Virus record (IMG/VR): IMGVR_UViG_3300007770_001284
Coordinates: 124,001 to 188,000 of that record
Strand: one strand, 5' to 3'
DNA length: 64,000 bases
Shown here: positions 8,795 to 18,120 of the stretch, piece by piece
How positions within the stretch are numbered: the first letter of the stretch is position 1
Layout: every line of letters begins with the position of its first letter
Program-made: the position numbers and the translations under genes
Notes under the pieces: model-generated
Told to the model about the DNA's origin: nothing
Seen by the model: the letters and a program-made list of their open reading frames with translations, nothing else
Database searches by the model: none

Positions 8795-11215
8795 GTGGCC
8801 CTCTTTAAGCTCGACAAGACTTACTTCGATTCGTTTAAGATCTTAACAAAGCCTAAACGAACCTTTGTGTCTTCGTCTGTAAGCGGTGCAACTGGATCTG
8901 TCAAGGTATTTCCGCTTACATCATTGGGGATGAAAGAAATTCCCGCTGATAGTGGTGAAGAAGACGGAGCTCCAATTGCACAAAGCTTGGAGACCGCTCG
9001 ACTAGAAGCTGTCGAATATTTTACAGCCGGGGGTACCGGCCCCTTCACCGGGTCAGTGCTCGCTTATATGGAGGCTGTGCATTCTGCTAGTACCACTGGT
9101 AAGCGAGATAAGCAGGTCGAGGTGCTTCGATTTGAGCCATCCTTTAAATTTACGAGCGATACCCTAAGAAAGAGAGTAATTGAAAAAGTTTTATTTCCAT
9201 TCTATCGACCGAAATATGGCTCTGCTTGTAATTGGGCATTTACGAATTACAATACATTGAATTTTTTTACTGGGTCTGAAGTACCATCTGATTCCGTTTT
9301 GATATATCCTGCGTCATCTTCGTTCGACGTGTCATCGACATATAGACCCTCTGGTTCTTTTTCATTCGAATTTTACATCAACCCTCGCTACACGAGCGAA
9401 ACTAGACGAGGAGCGTATTCAGCAGGGACAATTTTTCATATGTCTAGCAGTTATGCGATATCTTTAGTATCGGGAAGCTCTAAAAATGTAGATGAATTTC
9501 CAGATGGTTTCCGACTAATGTTGCAATTGAGTCACTCTGCAGATATACCACCGTCAGAAATCTCTCTTGATGTTGCTAATAATGCTCGACCAGCTCCGCA
9601 AGATCTAGTGTTTTTATCTAGTGATAATTCTTTGAAATTAAATACCTGGCATTATTGTTGTGTGCGCTGGGGTGGCACGGAAGATATCCAGGATTCAACG
9701 GGCTCATTTTACATCGACGGTGGAGAAAAGGGAACGTTTGATTTGGTTCCGACATTTCTGCAGCAAGCCGATTGGACACAAAAATGGATAGGAGGCTCAC
9801 ATGAGAATGCTGGTGATCCTGATGCATTGTTTGTTGGTAATTTTTATGAGGGAACAAATTCTACTTACGGAGTAGGCGGTGGGTTAATTGCACAATTCTT
9901 TAATGATACAATCGCAACCCGTGACGGATTAATTTCTGCTGGTGATTTTGATGGCGAAGACCCAAATTATTTTGTGTTTAGACATCCACTAAATGCCGAA
10001 TTACATGAGCTGAAAATTTATGACGCTTACCGCGATGATGAAGATATTATGTCTGCCAGCCTTTACGGCGTTGAGGACATTAAGAAAGAACCAAACCTCA
10101 TGTTTTATGTACCTCCCTTCTTTGTGAAAGATACAAGGACTCGCGAGATATTTCAAACACCCTTTCAAACAGCAGTAGGTAATACAAACGACCCATTTAA
10201 TGTTGCGCTATCTTTCGGCGTTGGCGGTCATTATCTAAATTTAGAAAATTTTGTTAAAGAATTTGTAAGAGGCTCATTTCCTCGACTGATGGCTCTATCG
10301 GGATCGACAATTGACGAGTCGACAGACTGGGTTAGCGCAAACGGATTTTTATTCGCAACAGGTAGTGTAAGAAAGCGAAACCTCACTGTATTACCTTGCG
10401 ATAACGGTCGATTACTTCCGAATTTTTCTTTGCTAGAACAAACAGCACCATCTGGGTCAGCAAGCTTAAGTTTGTTCGTGGATGATCTTGGGGTAAGATC
10501 GCTCAGTATGGTATCATTGAACAATCTATTAAGTACAGGGTCTGATTCTTTTCCAGGACTCTTAAATTCCGATGATCCTAACTCGATATCTGCTTTTCTA
10601 GCAGGTTCTTCCCCAGATGACCCATCTCTCCCTGCTGGTTCTGTATTAACGATTTTTAATAGAACAAAAGACCCAACATCGAATGAAGTTGTGTTTTTTG
10701 ATGCTAGTAATCTTTTTTATGGAAACAAAATTGATCCCGGTTCTTATGTTTTAACTGACTCAAGCGTAACTGGCTCGGGAGGTCGGGTACGAATTACATT
10801 AAAAGATAACAAGCGTGGTAGCCTATATCGGGCCGACTGTACAGGGAGCCATCCAGTGTGGTCATCTGCTGGCACGCTATTATATGATGAGGGCCTAGCA
10901 GTTGTAAAGACTCCCACAATCCCATATTTTGGAACCGATCAATTTGATATTAGAATGGCCGGCCAACAGCACATCTACGTCCTTCAGATGAATATCCCTG
11001 CGGACGCAAACTCTTTAAACAGGTCTGAAAATCCAACGTATAAAGACCTGAACCCATCAGATCTTGATGCAGACTTAAATTCATCATTCGCATATGTTAC
11101 AAATGTAAACTTACTCGATGAAAATCTTAATGTTATATGTAAATCGAACTTCGCTCAAGCTATAGTAAAAAGAGAGGATGATCGATTTATGGTTCGAGTG
11201 CGTTTAGATTTTTGA
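8795..11215 (+). CDS. LamG/concanavalin-A-like domain tail protein with a paralogous C-terminal attachment domain
   Basis: LamG pattern FSFEFYINP...LNTWHYCCVRW...FYIDG...LHELKIYD. C-terminus VTNVNLLDENLNVICKSNFAQAIVK...VRVRLDF parallels the previous gene. Confidence 0.6.
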   Translation: MALFKLDKTYFDSFKILTKPKRTFVSSSVSGATGSVKVFPLTSLGMKEIPADSGEEDGAPIAQSLETARLEAVEYFTAGGTGPFTGSVLAYMEAVHSASTTGKRDKQVEVLRFEPSFKFTSDTLRKRVIEKVLFPFYRPKYGSACNWAFTNYNTLNFFTGSEVPSDSVLIYPASSSFDVSSTYRPSGSFSFEFYINPRYTSETRRGAYSAGTIFHMSSSYAISLVSGSSKNVDEFPDGFRLMLQLSHSADIPPSEISLDVANNARPAPQDLVFLSSDNSLKLNTWHYCCVRWGGTEDIQDSTGSFYIDGGEKGTFDLVPTFLQQADWTQKWIGGSHENAGDPDALFVGNFYEGTNSTYGVGGGLIAQFFNDTIATRDGLISAGDFDGEDPNYFVFRHPLNAELHELKIYDAYRDDEDIMSASLYGVEDIKKEPNLMFYVPPFFVKDTRTREIFQTPFQTAVGNTNDPFNVALSFGVGGHYLNLENFVKEFVRGSFPRLMALSGSTIDESTDWVSANGFLFATGSVRKRNLTVLPCDNGRLLPNFSLLEQTAPSGSASLSLFVDDLGVRSLSMVSLNNLLSTGSDSFPGLLNSDDPNSISAFLAGSSPDDPSLPAGSVLTIFNRTKDPTSNEVVFFDASNLFYGNKIDPGSYVLTDSSVTGSGGRVRITLKDNKRGSLYRADCTGSHPVWSSAGTLLYDEGLAVVKTPTIPYFGTDQFDIRMAGQQHIYVLQMNIPADANSLNRSENPTYKDLNPSDLDADLNSSFAYVTNVNLLDENLNVICKSNFAQAIVKREDDRFMVRVRLDF

Positions 11216-11766
11216 TGAAAGTAATTTTGGGATTAGACGTTTCTACGTCTTGTATCGGATGGTGCTTGCTGCAAACTTCTGATGGGTCTCTGGTGGATGC
11301 AGGGTATATTCCATTAAAAGACCTAAGGTGCATGTTCAGCAAGGCACAGAGGGCGCATGAGACACTCATGACGCTGGTTGACAAGTACGGCATAGAAGCT
11401 ATAGCGATCGAGGAAAACCTACAAGCATTTAGACCCGGCTTTTCAAGTGCAAAGACCCTGATTACTCTTGCCAGATTTAATGGTATAGTAAGCTGGTTGT
11501 CGTATAAATGTACGAATCTACAACCAGACTTTATAAATGTGAATCACGCGCGAAAATCGGTAGGCTTAAAAATAGATAGAAAATCTTCGCTTTCTACGAA
11601 AGAGCAAGTATTTGAGTGGGCTCAGAAGAATATGGATGATTTTTCATGGCCCACCAAGACGCTTAAGTCTGGTCCAAGAAAGGGTCATGTAATCTTCGAT
11701 GACTGTTGTTATGATATATCTGATGCTTTTGTAATCGCAAGAGCATATGTGAATGATGAGCGATGA
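11212..11766 (+). CDS. ruvC: RuvC-like Holliday junction resolvase
   Basis: RNase-H-fold acidic motifs ILGLDVSTSCIGW, IAIEENL and DISDAFVIA. Confidence 0.85.
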   Translation: MMKVILGLDVSTSCIGWCLLQTSDGSLVDAGYIPLKDLRCMFSKAQRAHETLMTLVDKYGIEAIAIEENLQAFRPGFSSAKTLITLARFNGIVSWLSYKCTNLQPDFINVNHARKSVGLKIDRKSSLSTKEQVFEWAQKNMDDFSWPTKTLKSGPRKGHVIFDDCCYDISDAFVIARAYVNDER

Positions 11767-12727
11767 TTTAGATATTAAAAAGCGCGTTATGCTAGTTCAG
11801 CGAGCGTTTGGGTCTGTGCTTTTTGATAGAGACGGTGTGAATGTTGCAATTGGATGTGTCAACAAAGACTGTTCTTCTTTTGGAAAGCCAGCGAAAAAGA
11901 AACTAACGTTGCGAGTTGACAATGAGTTTTACCACTGTTGGGTTTGCGGCCTCCGGGGGAAAGGGTTAGCTTATTTCTTTCGAAAGTATAAGCCTAATTT
12001 TTCATCGCATGCCGCTGCCATATTTGAAAAGAAGATTGATGAAATCAAGGAAGAAATTCAGCTTATTCAACTTCCTGAGGAGTTTACGCTATTGGCTCAA
12101 CTAGGGAAGAACGCTGATCCAGATCTTCGAGCATGCAGAAGCTATCTTTACAATCGTGGATTGACACAAAAAGATTTATGGTATTTCAAGATTGGGGCTG
12201 TAACCGGCGGTCGATATCGTCGTAGGGTGATTATCCCATCTTTTGATGGTGAGGGGGTGCTGAATTATTACACTGCTAGAGCTATCGATGGTGAAGTGAA
12301 CAGGAAGTATCTAAATCCAAAAGTACGACGAGCTGACGTGATATTTAACGATATTAATATTGATTGGTCACAAGAGCTCACGTTAGTCGAAGGTCCATTT
12401 GACTTAATTAAATCGAATGAAAACACGACTTGCTTGTTGGGTAGCACGTTGAGTCCCCAACATGAATTATTCAAAAAGATAGTGAAAAACAAGACCCCAG
12501 TAATTCTTGCTCTTGATCCTGATGCGATTAAGAAGACACATGAAATTGCTGCAACTCTTGCTAGGTTTGATATTTGCGTAAAAATATTGAAGTTTGATAA
12601 TTTTTCTGATGTGGGTGAGATGCCGAGAGGACATCTCTCGCAGTTACTACCTCATGCAGAAGAATGGAGTGAGATGGCAAGACTGCGATCGCTTATTGGA
12701 ACGATTCGGTCAGGGTCTTTAATCTAG
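11753..12727 (+). CDS. DNA primase (Zn-binding domain + TOPRIM)
   Basis: CVNKDC...YHCWVCG zinc finger. TOPRIM motifs LVEGPFD, LALDPDA and DVGEM. RVIIPSFD...NYYTARAI. Confidence 0.85.
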   Translation: MMSDDLDIKKRVMLVQRAFGSVLFDRDGVNVAIGCVNKDCSSFGKPAKKKLTLRVDNEFYHCWVCGLRGKGLAYFFRKYKPNFSSHAAAIFEKKIDEIKEEIQLIQLPEEFTLLAQLGKNADPDLRACRSYLYNRGLTQKDLWYFKIGAVTGGRYRRRVIIPSFDGEGVLNYYTARAIDGEVNRKYLNPKVRRADVIFNDINIDWSQELTLVEGPFDLIKSNENTTCLLGSTLSPQHELFKKIVKNKTPVILALDPDAIKKTHEIAATLARFDICVKILKFDNFSDVGEMPRGHLSQLLPHAEEWSEMARLRSLIGTIRSGSLI

Positions 12728-12734
12728 GGGTGTT

Positions 12735-15700
12735 ATGTTTCGGTGCGCGCATTTTGCTGATGTCCACTTTCGTGGGCTGACAAGACATAAAGAATACAGA
12801 GATGTATTTTCAAGATCGTTTGTAGAATTACGAAAGCTACGTCCAGATGCGATCTTTATTGGTGGCGATATTGTCCACTCAAAGACGCAGGGGATCAGTC
12901 CTGAATTAATTCATATTTTGACTTGGTGGTTTAATTCGTTAGCCGAGATTGCTCCTGTTCATGTTATTTTGGGGAACCATGACGGATTGATGTTGAATGA
13001 AGATAGGCTTGACGCTATTACGCCTATTTTAGAAGCATTAGATAATCCAGACATACATCTCTTCAAAGAATCCGGTACATATGATACCGGGGTTGCTGGC
13101 TATAAGTGGAATGTATTCAGCTGTTTTGACATAAGGGGGTGGGATGATGTTGAGCCAGATCCATCTTGTATCAATATCGCAACATTCCACGGTCCTGTGA
13201 ACGGGTCTTTGACCGATCAAGATTGGGAGATTAATGGGGATAGCGTGTCAGTTGATTTTTTCAATAAATTCGATTTTGCTTTTCTCGGTGACATCCACAA
13301 GAGGCAATATTTGACACCAAAAATTGCATATCCTGGTTCAACAATCCAGCAGAATTATGGTGAGACGGTAGAAAAGGGTTTTTTGTTCTGGGAGATTAGG
13401 GATAAAGATGATTTTGATTCAAAGTTTATTCCGCTTAAGAATGAGAAGGCTTTTCGAACGTACCGGTGGAAAGGCACAGTCATAGATACGCTAGATCAAA
13501 TTCCAGAATACGCTTCTGGTGCTAGATTTAGAATTGCGCATGAAGGATTAAACCAAGTTGACTTTAAGCAGCTACAAACAGAGTTACGAGAAACATTTTC
13601 TGCTGAAGAAGTTGTCTCAAAGGATGAATCAAAGGCATTCACTGGGTCAGATGTTGTAATTTCAACCTCTGTAGGTGAAATAAGCAGAACTGATCTACGA
13701 AGTTTCAAATATCAAGATCGGCTTATGACTGACTTTGTATCACGAAATACACTTTCTTCCGACCAACGCGATTCTCTCCGTGCATTGCACAAAGATATTT
13801 TTCATAAGTGCGTTCAACAAGCCAACCAACAAGCACATCAGTGGCGTTTACGAAAGCTCGCGTTTGACAATATGTTCGGGTATGGCGAAGATAACATCAT
13901 AGACTTTGATGCTCTTCACGGTATCACTGGTATTTTTGGTAAAAATCGTTCCGGAAAATCTTCGATTCCTGGGACACTAGTTTACGGATTGTTTAATTCT
14001 TCTGATCGCGGTACGTTGAAAAATTTGCACATTGTGAATAGTCGAAAGAATTTTTGCCGCGCAAGTGTCGATGTCTCGATCGGTAGCAAGATGTATCGTA
14101 TTGACCGGCAAACAATTAAGCGAACAAGCAGAACAGGAGTGGTATCTGCGCCCACGCACTTGAATCTTTACGCGCTAGATGATGACGGGAATATAATAGT
14201 AGACAGTACGGAAGAACAGCGAAGAGAGACTGAAAAAGTTTTACGCGGTCTGGTAGGTACCGTCGATGATTTCTTGATGACGTCATTCGCATCTCAGGGT
14301 GATATGAACGCCTTTATTCGCGAGGGTGCTACAAAGCGAAAAGCAATTCTTACAAGATTTTTAGATCTGCAGATTTTTGATACGATGTTGAGGATGGCAA
14401 AAAATGAAATAACAGAATTAAGAGGCGAGATGAAATCTGCCCCAGATAGAGACTGGAGTACATTGATCACTGAACAGGCAGACGCGTTAATATCTCATAA
14501 GCAAGAAAGAGCAGAGATTGAGGCAGAGTTAGCTGAATTAAAGGAAAAGAGAGATCAACTCAAATTACAGTTGATATCATCTCCGTCCGATACGGTTTAT
14601 ACACAACAAGATATACAGACACAGGTTATTCATTTGCAGACCCTAGAAGAGCGTAACTCTGCTCTGAGCGTAGAGGTGTTACAAACGTGCGAAGAGATGG
14701 ATGTCACTAGAGGAAAAATTACAAAAATTGATATAATTTGTGAACAATTTCCTGTAAAAGAGTTGAAGGAAGAAGCAGAACTACAAAAAGACTTAGCGAA
14801 TCAGATTGAATTAACACAATCAAGACTAGACCTCGAGCAGCAGCGTTTACAGTCACAAACGAAGTCTGCGAAGAAACTTGATACCGTTCCGTGCGGTGAT
14901 CAGTTCCCTAAGTGCCCGTATATTAAAGATGCTCACAAAAGTGCCAAAGAGATCGCCGGACAAAAAAGTGTCATTTCTTCCACCAGGAAAGAATTGGGGG
15001 CGATTAAAAAGAATCTTGAGAAATTAAGGGATAAGGGTCTCGGGGAGAAGCTAGCTAAGTACGAAGAAATGCTGAAAAATGCGCAGCATTTAAGGTTAAA
15101 AAACTCTGACTTAAAGCTCAATTTAAGAGAGCTAGAAAGCGACCAGCAAGCAGTGGTTAGTGAAATTTCACATGGTAAAGAGCTTCTACGTGATATGCGA
15201 CTCCGCTCTGCTGATGAAGAGAAAGATGCAGAAATTATTAAAATGCGGCTTGATCTTAAGCGTTTAGAAAAAAGAATATCAGAAATAGATGCTGAGCGGT
15301 TGTACTTGACAGAACAAATTAGCCTAAGCTCTGCTAGACAAGAAGAGCTACAAACAGAGAAAGAGAAGTTTGGTGCTCTGAAAGACCGCTGGGAAACATA
15401 CTCATTGTTTACGCAGGCAGTCGATAAACGTGGAATTCCACTAACAATCTTATCTCTTCAACTTCCCCGTATCAATGCTGAGCTTACGAAGATTTTGCAG
15501 GGAGTGGTGAATTTCAGCGTTGAGATTGAATCTCGGCTAGACTCAAATAATTTGGACATTTTCATAGATTACGGTGATTCGAAGCGTATTATAGAATGCG
15601 GTTCCGGGATGGAGAAAATGATTTCATCTCTTGCTCTTCGGGTTGCGCTTATTAATATTTGTAATGCCCCAAGAAGTGATGTGTTGATTATTGACGAGGG

Positions 15701-15878
15701 CTTCGGCACGCTAGATGACAAAAACATTGAGGCCTGCTCCCGTTTACTAATGTCTCTTAAGAAATACTTTTCCAATATTCTGATTATTTCACATGTGGAT
15801 GCTGTAAAAGATATCGTAGATAACGTTCTAGACATACAGAAAATAGGGAAAGATGCAAAAATCAGACATTGCGAATAA
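12735..15878 (+). CDS. fused Mre11/SbcD (gp47-like) phosphoesterase + Rad50/SbcC (gp46-like) ABC ATPase
   Basis: Phosphoesterase motifs HFADVH, GGDIVH, LGNHD, FHGPV and LGDIH. Walker A GKNRSGKSS, long coiled coil, Walker B/D-loop IIDEGFGTLD, H-loop IISH. Confidence 0.9.
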   Translation: MFRCAHFADVHFRGLTRHKEYRDVFSRSFVELRKLRPDAIFIGGDIVHSKTQGISPELIHILTWWFNSLAEIAPVHVILGNHDGLMLNEDRLDAITPILEALDNPDIHLFKESGTYDTGVAGYKWNVFSCFDIRGWDDVEPDPSCINIATFHGPVNGSLTDQDWEINGDSVSVDFFNKFDFAFLGDIHKRQYLTPKIAYPGSTIQQNYGETVEKGFLFWEIRDKDDFDSKFIPLKNEKAFRTYRWKGTVIDTLDQIPEYASGARFRIAHEGLNQVDFKQLQTELRETFSAEEVVSKDESKAFTGSDVVISTSVGEISRTDLRSFKYQDRLMTDFVSRNTLSSDQRDSLRALHKDIFHKCVQQANQQAHQWRLRKLAFDNMFGYGEDNIIDFDALHGITGIFGKNRSGKSSIPGTLVYGLFNSSDRGTLKNLHIVNSRKNFCRASVDVSIGSKMYRIDRQTIKRTSRTGVVSAPTHLNLYALDDDGNIIVDSTEEQRRETEKVLRGLVGTVDDFLMTSFASQGDMNAFIREGATKRKAILTRFLDLQIFDTMLRMAKNEITELRGEMKSAPDRDWSTLITEQADALISHKQERAEIEAELAELKEKRDQLKLQLISSPSDTVYTQQDIQTQVIHLQTLEERNSALSVEVLQTCEEMDVTRGKITKIDIICEQFPVKELKEEAELQKDLANQIELTQSRLDLEQQRLQSQTKSAKKLDTVPCGDQFPKCPYIKDAHKSAKEIAGQKSVISSTRKELGAIKKNLEKLRDKGLGEKLAKYEEMLKNAQHLRLKNSDLKLNLRELESDQQAVVSEISHGKELLRDMRLRSADEEKDAEIIKMRLDLKRLEKRISEIDAERLYLTEQISLSSARQEELQTEKEKFGALKDRWETYSLFTQAVDKRGIPLTILSLQLPRINAELTKILQGVVNFSVEIESRLDSNNLDIFIDYGDSKRIIECGSGMEKMISSLALRVALINICNAPRSDVLIIDEGFGTLDDKNIEACSRLLMSLKKYFSNILIISHVDAVKDIVDNVLDIQKIGKDAKIRHCE

Positions 15879-16095
15879 TGACTCGCTGCCAAACTTTGTT
15901 CCGCTAGACTGTCCTCTATGTGGGTTTTTATTTCGTGATTTTCAAGACTGCATGCAATACTTAGAGGTCAAGTGCTGCACAGAGTGTTGGATAAGTTTTT
16001 TGGAGCCAATAAAAAAAATAAATGAAGATGACGACTACGAACCGAACAGTTCAGAGATTGCTGCGTGGCGAGAAAAGGTTTCGTCTGGCGAATAG
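15853..16095 (+). CDS. small hypothetical protein, probable Zn finger
   Basis: CPLCG...KCCTECW; 80 aa or fewer; start uncertain. Confidence 0.5.
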   Translation: MQKSDIANNDSLPNFVPLDCPLCGFLFRDFQDCMQYLEVKCCTECWISFLEPIKKINEDDDYEPNSSEIAAWREKVSSGE

Positions 16096-16098
16096 TTA
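16092..16098 (+). promoter_or_regulatory. ATADTTA motif (putative late promoter element)
   Basis: ATAGTTA, 18 nt upstream of the ATG at 16117, at the head of the packaging/head module. Confidence 0.45.
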
Positions 16099-16116
16099 GT
16101 CTATAGGAGCTTACAA

Positions 16117-16485
16117 ATGTTGACGGTTAATGAAATTCGAGCGTTAGGTGATTGTTTAAATACGACATGGGGAAAGTCTGTCGACAATCTTAAATTATCA
16201 CATCATCTGAACGGTGAAACTTTGAACTTGCGCTTTGATAGTATTGTGCATTTTGCGAGTGAGGCCTCCCTTGATAGTCAAATGACAAATTTAAGAGAGA
16301 TGTCAAACGATATTTTTACTGATGGTGTAAAGAAGATCAAAGCAGAATTTAAAGATATTGCTGGAAGGGCACTTACAGCGACAGAGACTTCACGGGATGA
16401 CAATGTTGAATTGATACAAGCCACCGCGAATTCTCCTCGAAGAGTTGCATATTATCGTGCTTTTTTGACGTTGCAAGTAAGCTAA
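16117..16485 (+). CDS. hypothetical protein upstream of the terminase
   Basis: 122-aa ORF with AGGAG RBS. Confidence 0.65.
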   Translation: MLTVNEIRALGDCLNTTWGKSVDNLKLSHHLNGETLNLRFDSIVHFASEASLDSQMTNLREMSNDIFTDGVKKIKAEFKDIAGRALTATETSRDDNVELIQATANSPRRVAYYRAFLTLQVS

Positions 16486-16494
16486 TAATGCTTG

Positions 16495-18093
16495 ATGCCC
16501 CCACTGACCAAACAGAAACAAGTAGCTGAGATTGTAAAATGCGGTAAAGACCCCGCGTATTTTATTAATCGCTATGTACAGATTCAACACCCCATCCGGG
16601 GGAGAATTCCGTTTCATACATTTTCGTTCCAGGATGATTGCTTAAAGCACTTCAACGATCATCGCTTTAATATTGTGGTTAAATCCAGGCAGCTTGGTCT
16701 GTCTACACTCACTGCTGCATATGCAGTTTGGATGACGTTATTTCGCAAGGATAAAACTGTTCTTGTTATTGCTACTAAGCTTGCCGTTGCTCAAAACTTC
16801 ATTAAAAAAGTTAAAATAGCTCTTTCCGGTGTTCCTCCGTGGATGTGGATTACCGACATAACCACAAAGAACACCCAAGGAATCGAATTTTCAAATGGTT
16901 CTGCGATAAAGGCAATACCAACTTCAGAAGATGCGGGCCGGTCTGAAGCTTTGAGTTTACTGATCGTTGATGAAGCTGCGTTTATTCGAAACTTTGATGA
17001 ATTATGGAAAGGGCTATATCCAACGTTGTCAACTGGTGGGCGAGCCCTAATAGTAAGTACTCCCAACGGTACCGGTGGACAGTATTATGACTTGTGGCAT
17101 CATGCGGTTGAGGGCACGAATGAATTTAACCCAATAAAGCTTCCTTGGGATGTACATCCCGAGCGTGATGATGAATGGTTCAATAAAGAATCTATGAATA
17201 TGAACAAGCAGCAGGTTGCTCAAGAGCTGCTTTGTGATTTTCAAGCCTCGGGTGATACTTTTCTACCAATGGAAGAGATTGAAAAATTACGGTATAAGGT
17301 CCGCGTCCCGTTGGAGAAATGGGGCCCTGAAAACAATGTGTGGGTGTGGAAATATGCATTCCCTGACCATGAATATGTAATATCTTCGGATGTCTCCCGC
17401 GGTGACGGAAATGATTACTCTACATTTCATATTATAGACACTACTATTTCTGAGGTGGTTGCTGAATTTCGAGGTAAGGTCCCACCTGACCAACTTGCGT
17501 ATCTTTTGGTCGAGGCCGCAAATAGATATCATGAAGCGCTCCTGTGTCCTGAAAGTAACACATACGGATATGCTGTGTTAATGAAACTTCAAGAGATTGG
17601 GTACAGAAACATTTATTTTTCTAAAGAAAAAGATAAATTTAACGCATTGTATGGTAATGGACCAATTAGCAAGGCTGGATTTTCAACGCAAGGACCAAGT
17701 CGCGCAAAAATTCTTACGAAATTGGAAGAGATGATAAGGAACGATAAGGTTGACGTGTATTCTGAGCGTCTGGTAAATGAATTAAAGACGTTTGTGTGGA
17801 GCAATAACAAAGCGCAAGCACAGCGCGGGAAGACCGATGACCTTGTGATGTCATTCGCAATTGGTCTTTGGTTATATGACGGAGATAAAGTTAGCTCTAA
17901 AAAAGCCGTGGACGTGAACAAAGCAATGTTGGCTGGTTTTGCGATGAACAAGACAGAAGAATCACAGTCAGATAATAATATGTCACCATTTAATAAGCAG
18001 GTCGGAATATTTACTGCCAAGGGTTGGCCGGTTTCTATGGATTCTGATCACCCAATGATATCTGGGTCGGTGGATTTTAAATGGTTACTTTGA
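16495..18093 (+). CDS. terL: terminase large subunit (T4 gp17-like)
   Basis: KSRQLGLST Walker A, LIVDEAAF Walker B, VSTPNG coupling motif. Nuclease motifs ISSDVSRG, LLCPESN and TDDLVMS. Confidence 0.95.
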   Translation: MPPLTKQKQVAEIVKCGKDPAYFINRYVQIQHPIRGRIPFHTFSFQDDCLKHFNDHRFNIVVKSRQLGLSTLTAAYAVWMTLFRKDKTVLVIATKLAVAQNFIKKVKIALSGVPPWMWITDITTKNTQGIEFSNGSAIKAIPTSEDAGRSEALSLLIVDEAAFIRNFDELWKGLYPTLSTGGRALIVSTPNGTGGQYYDLWHHAVEGTNEFNPIKLPWDVHPERDDEWFNKESMNMNKQQVAQELLCDFQASGDTFLPMEEIEKLRYKVRVPLEKWGPENNVWVWKYAFPDHEYVISSDVSRGDGNDYSTFHIIDTTISEVVAEFRGKVPPDQLAYLLVEAANRYHEALLCPESNTYGYAVLMKLQEIGYRNIYFSKEKDKFNALYGNGPISKAGFSTQGPSRAKILTKLEEMIRNDKVDVYSERLVNELKTFVWSNNKAQAQRGKTDDLVMSFAIGLWLYDGDKVSSKKAVDVNKAMLAGFAMNKTEESQSDNNMSPFNKQVGIFTAKGWPVSMDSDHPMISGSVDFKWLL

Positions 18094-18120
18094 TTTCTAG
18101 TCTACCGAGGGAGTGCACAA

